From assembly GCF_009914755.1 (NCBI RefSeq), contig NC_060925.1: a DNA stretch of 64,000 nucleotides, one strand, 5' to 3'. The translations under genes were made by a program, and so were the position numbers. The notes beneath the pieces were generated by a model. The model worked only from the letters and a program-made list of their open reading frames with translations, did not search any database and had not been told where the DNA came from. This document shows positions 28,061 through 48,464 of the stretch, piece after piece. Position 1 is the stretch's first letter. Each line of letters starts with the position of its first letter. This DNA is from the human T2T-CHM13v2.0 reference genome, Homo sapiens.

Positions 28061-29595
28061 CTATAAAAAAGAATACAGCATGTTTAATTGTAGCCGCCTG
28101 AGGCTTCATTCAAGTAAAACAACAATTTCATGACTTCCTACAAGATACTGCTGACAAAACAATTCCAAATGAAACTGGGGAATTATTAAACCTTTTGTTC
28201 TTCTATGTTCAGAGGAAAACTCAGAGAAAAAGCAGAAGCAGAACGAGGTATATTATAACAACTATTTCCCCAGAACAGGATATACATGTGTTCTTTTTAA
28301 TTGATTGTGGTCTCCTAACCTCTTCACACATCAAATAGACTCTGCACATTTCTGTAATTGAGTTCAACAACCTCTGAGCAGTGTAGATGAAATTCACTAA
28401 TATGACTTGGTACATATTGACTTCTCTACTGTGTGAGCTAGAAACTTGACACTTAACCTAACTAAATGTTACTTTTCTTTTGGGGGAAATCTCCTACCCT
28501 TATTCAAGGATTCAAGTCAGATGTCTTGAAAAAAGTATATATATTTAACCATTGCTATATTTTGGTTTCCAAAAGTATTAATGCTGCCAAGAAAGGTACA
28601 GTGTACATGCTATATATAACTCACGCAATAAATCTTGGAAAAAATCATTATGACTCTCTAAGGGTTAAGTTTTCATAAAAGCAAACTAAATTATCTTTAT
28701 TTTTAAATATGCATGGGAAAACATTCTATGTGACAAAAAATAGCAGCAGAATAGAAATATAAAGATGTAATAACAGAAGAAAGACTGCCCCCAAATGAAT
28801 GAGATTTGAGAAAATAAAGGCTCCTTCTTTTAATAATGGAATTTTTGTTTATTTGAAAGCATTGAGTCATTGAGCAGGATCCTAATTATCAGAAGTGTGG
28901 CAAAGGTAGAATAAGCCTTTGTGAATTTCAAGAGAGGAGACCCTTCTACCTCCTTGCACAGGCCTTGAAAAAAATCACATTCCAGTGCATATCAAAGGGA
29001 ATTATGGAATGAAGCAATGCTTCCATTAAATTGTTTGTTTTCAAAAGTCAATATTATTTCTATCTTCCCCTTTCTATCTTGTCAAAACCACTGTAATGAT
29101 ATAGAAGTTGGAGAACTAGTAAGAATGTTCCATTTTAATGAAACAAACAAAATAAATTTTAGTTATGGCCCTCCAAATCTAAAGTCCATCCCAATAATTT
29201 TCCCCCAGTGTTCCCCCATGCACTTCTGTGTCTGGGCCTTTATTAACTGTGGCATGGTCTGCCCTCCAGATAACTATGAGTTTGCTAATTGAAACCTTTA
29301 GTGTTTAGAATATATATGATTAAGTCGTATTTCCATTTATCTATCTAATCCTTGTACAGAAGGGAAATGTAAAACTTCTGAAGTGGTAGTTGGCTCTTTT
29401 AGTCTTATTTTCACTATTATAACGAAGATACTCTAGGCTTAAATGTGTCTGTAAAACCTACTGAAATATATATTAAAAAAACAAAACACTTCACTTCCAA
29501 GAATTTTTAAAATATAACTTAAATTATAAAGAGTAAGGATGGTATTAAATATAAATTAAAGTATGAGGAACATTAATATACTACATCAGGTACTG

Positions 29596-29971
29596 ATGTG
29601 AAGACATGAGATTTGGAGGGGTCAGGGGCAGAATAATATGGTATGGCTGTGCCCCAACCCGACTCTCAACTTGAATTGTATCTCCCAGAATTCTCACTTG
29701 TTGTGGGAGGGACCTAGCGGGTAATTAAATCATGGGGGCTGGTCTTTCCATGCTAGTCTCATAATAGTGAATAAGTCTCATGAGATCTGATGGGTTTATC
29801 AGGGGTTTCTGCTTTTGCTTCCTCCTCTTTTTTCTCTTCCCGCCATCATTTCACCTCCCACCATTTTTCTGAGGCATCCTCAGCCATGTGGAACTGTATG
29901 TCCGATTAAACCTCTTTTTCCTCTCAGTCTCAGGTATGTCTTTATCAGCAGTGCGAAAGCGAACTAATACA
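29596..29971 (+). mobile_element. THE1A-like 3' LTR (29634-29971) preceded by a ~38-bp stub of internal sequence including the polypurine tract
   Basis: atgtgaagacatgagatttggaggggtcaggggcagaa|taatatggtatggctgtgcccc...atcaggggtttctgcttttgcttc...cagcagtgcgaaagcgaactaataca. Confidence 0.88.
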
Positions 29972-30523
29972 ACAACATAATAGAAAATTCAGAAAATTTG
30001 ACATTTCGTTAGAGAAGGTAGATCAATTTATTTGTTTAGCCAATGATTGATCATGTCATAAATAAAAATATTTACCTTTTTAAATTTTTATTATTATGTG
30101 TAAGGAACCATATGCTTTCTTAAATTCTACAGTTAACCTTAAACTTATGAGGTAAATTCCATTACATAGAATAAGATTATGATAGTTAAAGAGATTAAAT
30201 ATCTTGCTAAAGAGCCCAGTGACACATATGAAACCCAGAACTAACTTAAAAACCTACATGCCTTATTTGTATACAACTGACAGACTACATTAATTCTCTC
30301 ATTTGTGAATGGTTACTTAGCTCACTAAACTAAATTAAAACATGTATGTGTCATTCTTAGAACTATACAGCACTATATAAATGTTAATTTAATATCTGAA
30401 AGATGCTATTTGTACTTATATCAGTTGTCTATGGCTGCCATAACAAATTACCACAAATTTACTGCTTAAAACCAGTAAATTAACCACATGTCAATTTAAT
30501 ATCTGAAAAATTCTATTGGCACT

Positions 30524-31610
30524 TGTATTAGTATTTTATTGCTGCCATAAGAAATTACCACAACTTTACTGACTTAAAACCATGCAAATTTATTTCCTTA
30601 TAGTTCTTTAGGTCAGAAATCCAGCAGAAGCCTATGGTAACCAGAATAATAGGTCCCCCAAAGTTATTCACATCCTATTCACTAAAGTGATTAGCTTATA
30701 TGACAATAGGAACATTGCAGATGTGAATAATGTTAAGGACCTTGAGATAAGGAGAGTTCTGGGAGGGACAATACTAATTGCATGAATTCGTAAAAGTAGA
30801 AGAGGTAGATAGAAGAGTGAGTCAAAGAGATGAAAAATGATAAAGGCTCTACTAAACATTGTTGATTTTGAATATGGAGGAAGTAGAGCATGAGCCAAGA
30901 AAAGCTGTGGCCTCTGGAAACTAAAATGTCCCTCAGCTGACAAAAAAAATTAATTATCCTTTATAACCTCCAAAAAGGGACACAGCCTATCAACACCTTG
31001 CTTTGAGTCTGATGAGACCAGTGCTGAGCTTCTGACATACAGAATTGAAGGATAATAAATTTTTGCTCTTTTTAGCCACTAAGTTTGTGGTAATTGGTTA
31101 TAGCAACAGTATAAAATTAACACAGTGTCTCACTGGATTAAAATCAATGTGTCAGAGGTTCAGGATTCTTTTCTGGAGATCTGTTTCTTTGTTTTTCAGG
31201 TTGTAGGGAGAATTAAGTTTCCTGATGTTGCAGCAGTGAAGTCTTCATTTTCTTGGTGGCTGTTAGCTTACAGCCATTTCCAGCTTTTAGAGGCTACAAG
31301 CATTCCCTGACTCATATTCCCCTTTCTCCATTTTCCAAACCAGCAAATGTTGGGTCAAGTCTTTATCCCACTTTGAATCTCTACTGCCTCTACTACAGTC
31401 TCAACTCTCTGACCACTCTACTGTTTTCTTCTTTCACTTTTAAGGATTCATGTGATTAAACTGAGCCCACCTGCCTAATCTAAAGTAATTTCCTCATCTC
31501 TAGCTCCTAACCTTAATCACATCTGCAAAGTGTCTTTTACCATGTAAGGTAACATGGTCATATATTCCACAGACTAGGGCATGGACATCTTTGGAAGCCA
31601 TTATTCTGCA
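30524..31610 (-). mobile_element. MLT1 (C/D/E-like) LTR split by a second MLT1
   Basis: tgtattag...gctgccataagaaattaccacaac...ggtcagaaatcc (to ~30632); resumes at 31125 with gtctcactggattaaaatcaatgtgtcag...ccttaatcacatctgcaaag...ggacatctttggaagccattattctgc. Confidence 0.8.
30633..31124 (+). mobile_element. MLT1D-like LTR nested in opposite orientation
   Basis: tatggtaaccagaataataggtccccca...gttaaggaccttgagata...ttttagccactaagtttgtggtaattggttatagcaacag...taacaca. Confidence 0.85.
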
Positions 31611-32589
31611 TGGTTTTCTACCAATTTTCCTTAGATTTTGCAGTTCTACTTGCATATACAAATTTTAATTTAATTATAATATTTTTCAAAGGCAATAGGT
31701 AAAGAAAGACACGTGGTATAATTTATAAATTGCTGAAGTTATTAATCTCTCTGAATAATACAAATGAAGTTCAGAAAAATAAATTTAATGAAGACATTCA
31801 TTTTGAAGAACAAAAATTTCATGACACTATACCACAAATCTATCAAGTAATGTAAGTCTGAGAAGTGTTGTTAGAGCACAGAAATAATGGAGTTTATGGA
31901 GCAATAAGAGGGGGTATATGGATAGATGAAATTATGGAAGTCATCTACTGAAATTATTCTAACAGGTTTCAAAAGCAAATAAAAGTAACTAGTAAGAAAA
32001 ACCTCAAGCTTTTGATTTTTTTGGTTACATATTTGTAATAATCCAGCAGAGAGCACTGAAGGAAAATTTTTAAATCAACTCAAAATCAATTGTTTCTTTT
32101 CTTCCTGCCTTCTTACCTACCTTCTTTTCTTCCATTTATACATTCATTCAATGGATATTACTCGTGACAAGATCTCTGACCAGTGAATAAGATTGTTTCC
32201 CTTTCAAAGTTTATTGGGAAGTAAAAGTATAAGTGGACAATTTCAATAAAGTATGATAACTACTACATTTGGGGTAAATATAGGGTGTTATGCTGTCATA
32301 ATATCACTGTCATAACTTAAAGGAAGATTTCTGAACATTTGGTTATGCCAGAACAGTAATTTCATAGGAGTAGGTAGAAGTGACTCTGGAGCTATAAAGA
32401 GAAGTTATAGCCTAGAAGGCCTTGTATTCCATGTAAAGAATTTGGATTATAAATTGAGGAATTATTAGAATAATGTAAGTTAAAAAGTATTAGAATATTT
32501 TAAAGAATCACATTTCTAAATATTACATATTTTTAAATATTACATTTTAAAAGATAACTCTGGCATTCAGATCGCTATTATATTTAGGA

Positions 32590-40965
<8,376 letters not shown>

Positions 40966-42190
40966 TAAATGGCCAAAATATTTGAACAAATACTTTATTA
41001 AAGAAGACACCCAATGGGAGGCTGAGGCGGGCAGATCACGAGGTCAGGAGATAGAGACCATCCTGGCTAACACGGTGAAACCCTGTCTCTACTAAAAAAA
41101 AAAAAATACAAAAAATTAGCCAGGTGCGGTGCCAGGCGCCTGCAGTCCCAGCTACGCGGGAGGCTGAGGCAGGAGAAGGGCGTGAACCCGGGGGGCGGAG
41201 CTTGCAGTGAGTGGAGATGCGCCACTGCACTCCAGCCTGTGCGACAGAGCGAGATTCCACCAAAAAAAAAAAAAAAAAAAAAAAGAAGAAGACACCCAGA
41301 TGGTAAATAGGTGCATCAAAAGATGCTGCACATAATTAGTCATTAGGAAAATTCAATGCAAATTCAGGAAGACATTCCACTATTAGAATGGCTAAAATTT
41401 ACAAAAAAAAAAAAAAAAAAGATTAGTGCTGTTAGGAAGCAGAATAACTTGAATTCTCCTACACTGCTGGTGTGAGTGTGAAATGGTGTGGCCACTTTGG
41501 AAAAGAGTTTGTCAGTTTTTCATAAAACTGAACATTCATTGACCATGTCATCTGGCAGTCTCACTCCTGCATAAATAAAAACTTAAAATTTCAACAACTG
41601 TGTGAATGATTATATTAGCATTACTGACAATTGCTAAAAACTGGAAACTGCCCAAATATCCTTCAATGCATGAAAGATTATGCTACATTCATTTGCCAGT
41701 ACATGCAATCCAATTTGCTAATAAAATTATTCATACATATGAAACATGGATGAACCTAAGACATGTCTTATTGTTTTCAAAATCTATAAATACATATTTA
41801 AAATTATTTTATTTAAACACATGCACAAAATAAAATAGATTCAAAAGGCTATATATTGTATGATTTAATTTATTTAACATTATAGAAATGGCAAAACTAT
41901 CAAGGTGAAGAATAGATCAGTTGTTCCAAGAGGGTGGAGAAGGGGAGGCTGGTTTAGTATTGAAGGATAGCTGAGGGAATTTCTTAGAATTATAAAATTG
42001 TTCTGTATCTTGCTTATGTTCATGGATACATGACTATGCATTTTCAAAAGCCATAAAACTGTATGCTACAAATAGTGATTTTTACTTTATGTAAATATAA
42101 AGGCAAAAGCATATTGATATACTACTATACATTTACTAAAATGACTAAATTTTAAAAGATTTACAATATCAAATGGCAATGAGGATGTGC
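40966..42190 (+). mobile_element. Continuation and 3' end of the host old L1
   Basis: aaatggccaaaatatttgaacaaatac continues the ORF2 broken at ~35490; 3'UTR ggcaaaactat...gaatagatcagttgttcc...gttctgtatcttg. Confidence 0.75.
41015..41285 (+). mobile_element. AluY, 5'-truncated, TSD AAGAAGACACCCA
   Basis: TSD 41001-41013 / 41286-41298; CpG-rich; long pure A-tail. Confidence 0.95.
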
Positions 42191-42602
42191 ATCACATAGA
42201 ACAGTTTTTCCTAAGAAACCACATCAAAATGCTTCTCTCCCAATCCTTGTAGTCCCACAGGGAGGGACAGAGTTTTAGGAGTATTCTAATTGGTTTTTAG
42301 TTAATCATGTATTACAGGTTCTATAAAGGTGATGTGAATTACAACTCACTTTGCTATCTGTTTCTTTAGGATTCAGCTGATGGTTCACTTTAACATCCTA
42401 TTATATTAGCTTTGTGACTTGGGGCCCTCTTGAGCAATATATTCTGTACTCCCAGTTCTGGCCAGAGAATATAACTTTGACTTTTCTGGCGTTTAATTCT
42501 TATCATAAGTTCAAGTACAGAGATAATATTCATAAAAAATTATGTGAGGAAAATTCATTTATTTCTTTACCTATTTAAAATTTTCTTTTCAGAATATGTC
42601 AG

Positions 42603-42983
42603 TGATATAGTTTGGATTTGAGTCCCTGGTATCCCTGCCCAAATTTCATATCCAATTGGAGGATGGTCCTGGAGGGTGGTGACTGGATCATGGGGTCAGA
42701 TTTACCCTTTGCTGTTCTCATGATAGTGAGTGAGTTCTCATAAGATATGGTTGTTTGAAAGTGTGTGGCACTTCCATCTTAACTCTCTCTCTCTCTCTCC
42801 TGCCACCATGTGAAGATGTGCTGCTTCCCCTTCAACATTCTGCCACAATTGTAAGTTTCCTGAGACTTCTCAGCCATGCTTCCTGTACAGCCTGTGGAAC
42901 TGTGAGTCAGTTAAACATGTTTTCTTCATTAATTACCCAGTCACAGGTAGTCCTTTATAGCAGTGTGAGAACAGACTAATACA
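42603..42983 (+). mobile_element. MSTA-like solo LTR
   Basis: tgatatagtttggatttg...gctgttctcatgatagtgagtgagttctc...cagtgtgagaacagactaataca; TSD gtcag/gccag. Confidence 0.9.
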
Positions 42984-43919
42984 GCCAGTATATTATAAAA
43001 TGATTCCTTTTGACTGCCTTATCTTGGCACTTCATCAAATTTTCTTTAACAACTGTTCCTTTGGTGGTACACCAGTTTTCACTGAGAAACATTATAAGAA
43101 AGGCCTTATGAAACTTCCTATTCTATTTTTGTCGGAAAGATTATTGAGGTCCTTTTCTGCCATATCGATGTGTCTACTTACTGATGACCTACGGGAAAAT
43201 TATTTGTGCATTTTAGCACTAGGAAAAGGTCTACCTCTGGCATCCTAATTTCCTCTTATATTATAATCCTATAAATTAGTTGTTTATAGAATCCTATAAA
43301 CTAGTTGTTTCCCTTTTTGTTCTAGGCCACTAGGAAATTTAAAGCCAAAATGAAGGGAAATATACTTTTGATGTCTCCATCAAAGGAGTGTTTTGAGGAT
43401 CATTAAGTTATATGTGGATAGATCAGGATATCATAAATAAGAATATAAAGACACAGATATTTGGAAAATAGTTTTGTTACACATAATGTAGCAGAACTGT
43501 GCTAAAATTAAATCAATCAGATTATTTCCTATTGGATATTACTGCAAAGCTTTTGGACCTTACTTTATTTACAAGAAGAAACATTTGCTAACAGGCAAAA
43601 AGCAAATAAGCATAGTGTCTAACAGAAAAGCTGTAATAATTGTCACACCACCTTGACAATGCAAGACAGCATTCAAGGAACTCTTTATGGAGAGGCTTCT
43701 AAAAACCATTTAGCATCTGAAGGAAGTATACATATAACACACACAATGTGTTCTTATAGATGTCTTTGTAAAAAAAAGATATTTTATAACAATATAGATA
43801 AACAAGTGATTAAGAATGTGGGCCTCAGGGTCAATGCAGTGGGTTTATGTGATCTGGGGCAAAATTTTTAACCTCTGTTAGGGTCAGTTTTCTCTTTGAA
43901 AAAAGGAAACAGTACCTAT

Positions 43920-46248
43920 TGTATTAGTTCATTCTCACACTGCTATGAAAAAAATACCAGAGACTGGGTAATTTATAAAGGAAAGAGGTTTAATTGACTC
44001 ACAGTTCCACATGGCTGGGGAGACCTCAGGAGACTTACAATCATTGCAGAAGGGACCTCTTCACAGGGAGGAAGGAGAGAGAATGAGGGCCAGGAAGGGA
44101 AATGCCAGATGCTTATAAAACCATCAGATCTCATGAGGACTCACTATCATGAGAACAGGATGGGGAAAACCATCCCCATGATTCAATTACCTCCTCCTGG
44201 TACTGCCCTTTACACCTGGGGATTATTACAATTCAAGGTGAGATTGGGGTGAGGACACAGAGCCAAACTTTATCATTCTGCCTTTGGCCCCTCCCAAATC
44301 TCATGTCCTCACATTTCAAAACAAAATCATGGCCTTCCAACAGTCTGCAAAAGTCTTAACTAATTCCAGTATTAACACAAAAGTCTGAATCCAAAGTCTC
44401 ATCTGTGACAAGGCAAGTCCCTTCTGCCTATGAGCCTGTACAATGAAAAGCAAGTTGGTTCCGTCCTAGAAACAATGGAGGTACAGGCATTGGGTAAATA
44501 CACCATGGCAAATGGGAGAAATTGGCCAAAACAAAGGGTCTACATACCACATGCAAGTCTGAAATCCAATAGGGCAGTCATTAAACCTTAAAGTTCCAAA
44601 ATGATCTCCTTTGACTCCATGTCTCTCATCCAGACCATGCTAATGCAAATGAGAAGCTCCCATGGCCTTGGCCAGCTCCAGCCCTGTGGATTTGCAGGGT
44701 ACAGCTGCTCTCCCAGCTGCTTTCACAGCCTGGCATTTAGTATCTGTGGCTTTTCCAGGTATATGGTGCAAGCTGTTGGTGGATCTACCATTCTGGGGTC
44801 TGGAAGACAGTGGCCCTCTTCCAACAGCTACATTAGGCAGGGCCCCACTGAGGACTCTGTGTGAAAGCTCCAACCCCGCATTTCCCTTCTGCACTGCCCT
44901 AGCAGAGGTTCTCCCTAAAGGCTCTGGCCCTGCAGTAAACTTCTGCCTGGACATTCAGGGGTTTCCATATATCCTCTGAAATCTAGGCAGAGGTTCCCAA
45001 ACCTCGATTCTTGACATCTGTGCATCTGTAGGCCCAACAGCACATGTAAGCTACCAAGGATTGGGGCTTGCACCCTCTGAAGCCCCAGCCAGAGCTATAC
45101 ATTGATCCCTTTCAGTCGTGGCTGGGATGCAGGGCACCAAGTCCTGAGACTGCACATGACAGCAAGGCCCTGTGCCCAACCCAGGAAATCCTTCTTTTCT
45201 CTTAGGCCTCTGGGCCTGTGATGGGAGGACCTGCCATGAAGACATCTGACATGCCCTGGAGACGTTTTCCTCATTGTCTTGGCAATTAACATTTGGCTCC
45301 TCATTATTTATGCAAACTTCTGCAGTGGTCTTGAATTTATACTCAGAAATGAGTTTTTCTTTTCTACCATATTATAAGGCTTCAAATTTCCCAAACTTTT
45401 ATGCTCTGCTTCCCTTTTAAACATAAGTTCCAATTCCAAACCATCTCTTTGTGAATGCATAAAACTGAATGCTTTTAAGAGCACCCAAGTCACTCCTTGA
45501 ACACTTTGCTGCTAGAAACTTCTTCTGCTAGATACCTTAAATCATCTCTCTCAAGTTCAAAGTTACACAGATCTCGAGGGCAGGGGGAAAATGTCACCAG
45601 TCTCTCAGCTAAAGCATAGCAAGAGTTGCCTTTATTACAATTCCCAACAGGTTCCTCATCTATATCTGAGACCATCTCAACCTGGACTTCATTGTCCATA
45701 TCACTATTAGCATTTTGGTCAAAGCCATTCAACAAATCTCTAGGAAGTACCATACTTTCCCACATCTTCCTGTCTTCTTTTGAACCCTCCAAACTGTTCC
45801 AGCCTCCGCCTGTTACCCAGTTCCAAAGTTGCTTTCACATTTTTGGGTAACTTTATAGCAGCACCCTACTCTCTGTGGTACCAATTTACCATATTAGACC
45901 GTTCTCATGCTGTTGTAAAGAAATACCGAAGACTGGGAAATATATAAAGGAAAGAGGTTTAATTGACTCACAGTTCTGCGTTGCTGAGGCGGCCTCAGGA
46001 AATTTACAATCATGGTGGAAGGCACCTCTTCACAGGGCAGCAGGAGAAAGAATAAGTGCCAGCAGGGGAAATGCCAGATGTTTATAAAACCATCAAATCT
46101 CATGAGAACTCACTCAGTATCACGAGAATAGCATGGGGGAAGCTACCCCCATGATTAAATTATCTCCAACTGGTCTCGCCCTTGCTACATGGAGATTATT
46201 AAAATTCAAGGTAAGATTTTGGCAGGGACACAGAGCCAAACCATATCA
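43920..46248 (-). mobile_element. Complete THE1C/D-like MaLR provirus (3' LTR 43920-44275, internal 44276-45889, 5' LTR 45890-46248) inserted in a MIR
   Basis: Two homologous LTRs; perfect 5-bp TSD CCTAT (43915-43919, 46249-46253); internal ORF remnants (EDRKMWES..LPRDLLNGFDQNA..); MIR halves flank the insertion. Confidence 0.95.
44640..45792 (-). pseudogene. Frameshifted THE1-internal ORF remnant
   Basis: Consecutive broken frames 45490..45792, 45308..45493, 45095..45304 and 44640..44954 carry typical MaLR-internal peptides. Confidence 0.8.
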
Positions 46249-47584
46249 CCTATCTTCTAGGGTTATCATGAGCATCAAATGTAAAAATATGTAGAAAGCA
46301 TTGTGGAAATACCAATAAAATTGAAATTTCAATTTTACCCCACCAAATGGGGTAGAATGTAGAAAGGCCAGAAATAATCACAAAATCCAAACTGTATGAT
46401 AGCAGTGAGAAATTTTCATTGTTAAAAATTTATTGAAAAAATAAGATTAAAATTATGAAACATTGTTCAGTGTCTATGGTATTTTTATTTGACAGTTAAG
46501 AATTGTGTTGTAACAACACAATATAATTTTATTTTGTAAACCCAAACCTACAGAGCCAGAAAAGCAGTTTAATAGTGAAAAGTTGGAGAAACAACACATA
46601 TGTCTATTCCTATGAGGTAAAGATAATATTTACTCAATATAGCACTCACAGGGCCTTTCTCACTGCTATCATACATTTTGGATTTTATGATTATTTTTCT
46701 GGCCTTTCTACATTCTATCCCATTTAGTGGTCTAAGAAGTGTTTTACCTGGACAATACATGATTCAATTTGCAATGGCAAGTTTAGCCATTGTTTTTCCC
46801 TTAAAAATTTAAATTGCAAAAAACAAAAGTGAAATAACATATTATTTATTAAACTGGGGAAGAACTGCCTCCCCCCACCATCCAACACACACACCTTGTT
46901 CAAGAGAGATAAATTATGGAAGGAAAGTGCCTGCAAAAGTACCGGCTGTTACTGTTTATGTCGTTGTTTCCAGCTAGGTTCTGTTCTGACCAGGTTGAAT
47001 TCATTACTAGCAATGTATTATTTACTGTCTCTCTGAACAGAACCATATGTCATTGGTCTGCGCCATGTGAAACCCCTATTATGTTACATTTGTAAGAATT
47101 ATAACTTATCTGAATATATTTGTCTACATATGCTGTAGCCTAATAAAACTATCTTCCTCAAGTGACAATAGTTCCAGCTACAGAAGTTTCAACTGGGTAT
47201 CAGAAAATACTGTTTACATGTCCTCTATGCCTGTAACTTGCTGTTATGCATTGTATGTCTCTCAGCATATTTGTTTTTATTGTCACATTTACACAATAAG
47301 AATTCTTTTGTTCTTAGTATTACTTTTTTTTGAGTAAACCTCAGTCACAGACATTCCTTTTCTGCCTTGTGAAACAGCCCAGTGCCTATATAGATCTGTA
47401 CAGCTAATCCTATTTATGTGCCATATCTTTCCTGATTGTCTGTACATTATTCACAATTTCACCAAGATCAGGGACTTAATCTACTAGTATTTTTAAGCTG
47501 TACTTGATATCTAATAGCATTCTGCTTCTAAAAAGAAATATAATTCTTCAATAAATGCTATTTGAGTAACAATGCTTTAGATGC

Positions 47585-47999
47585 TGTTGTGGACTCAGTT
47601 GTGTACCCCTGAAATTCATATGTTAAAGTCCTAAAGCCCAGTACTTCAGAATGTAACTATATTTGCTGGTAGGGTCCTTAAAAAGGTAATTAAGTTAAAA
47701 TGAGGTCATTAAGGTGGGCCTAATCCAGTATCACTGGTATCCTTATAAAAAAAGGAAAACTGAACACAGGCATAGGCATGGAGAAAGACAATGCGAACAC
47801 ACTGGAAGCAAACAGCTATCTACAAGTCAAGGAGAGAGACCTGGAGCACATTCTTCCCTCATAGCTCTCAGAAGGAACCAACATGGCCAAATCTTGATCT
47901 CAGACTTATAGCCTCCAGAATTGTGAGACAATACATTTCTGCTGTTGAAGCCACCCCATCTGTGATACTCTGTTTTGGTAGGCCTACCAAATCTATACA
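47585..47999 (+). mobile_element. MLT1B-like solo LTR
   Basis: tgttgtggactcagttgtgtacccctgaaattcatatgttaaagtcctaa...gcctccagaattgtgagacaatacatttctg. Confidence 0.88.
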
Positions 48000-48054
48000 A
48001 ATGTCATATGAAAAAATTTTGTAAAGGCGAATCATGGCTGTTAAGATGTATTAC

Positions 48055-48464
48055 TGATATAGTTTGAGTATTTGTCCCTGTCCTAATCTCATGTTGAATT
48101 GGAATCCTCAGTGCTGAAGGTGGAACCTGGTGGGAAGTATTTTTATTATGTGGAAGATCCCTCATGAGTTGGTGTTGTCTTCATTATAGTGAGTTCTCCT
48201 GAGAGCTGCTCATTTAAAAATGTCTGCACCTCTCCCTGCCCCCACCACTCTCGCTTGCTCCTACTGTTGACTGTGATGTGCCTGTTCCCCCTTTGCCTTC
48301 TGCCATGATTGAAAGTTCCTTGAGCCTTCACCAGAAGCTGAGCAGATGCCAGCAGCATGCTTCCTTTAAAGCCTGCAGAACTGTGAGTCAATTAAACCTC
48401 TTTTCTTTATAAATTACCTAGTCTCAGGTATTTCTTTATAGCAATGCAAGAATGGCCTAACACA
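48055..48464 (+). mobile_element. MSTB/MSTA-like solo LTR
   Basis: tgatatagtttgagtatttgtccc...ccagaagctgagcagatgccagc...gcaatgcaagaatggcctaacaca. Confidence 0.9.

Noticed and set aside
27900-28109. Treating the whole 69-aa ORF as a standalone gene
   Set aside because: Only 27929-28060 is bounded by splice sites and matches NEGR1; the flanking residues ([25 protein letters not shown]) are intronic.
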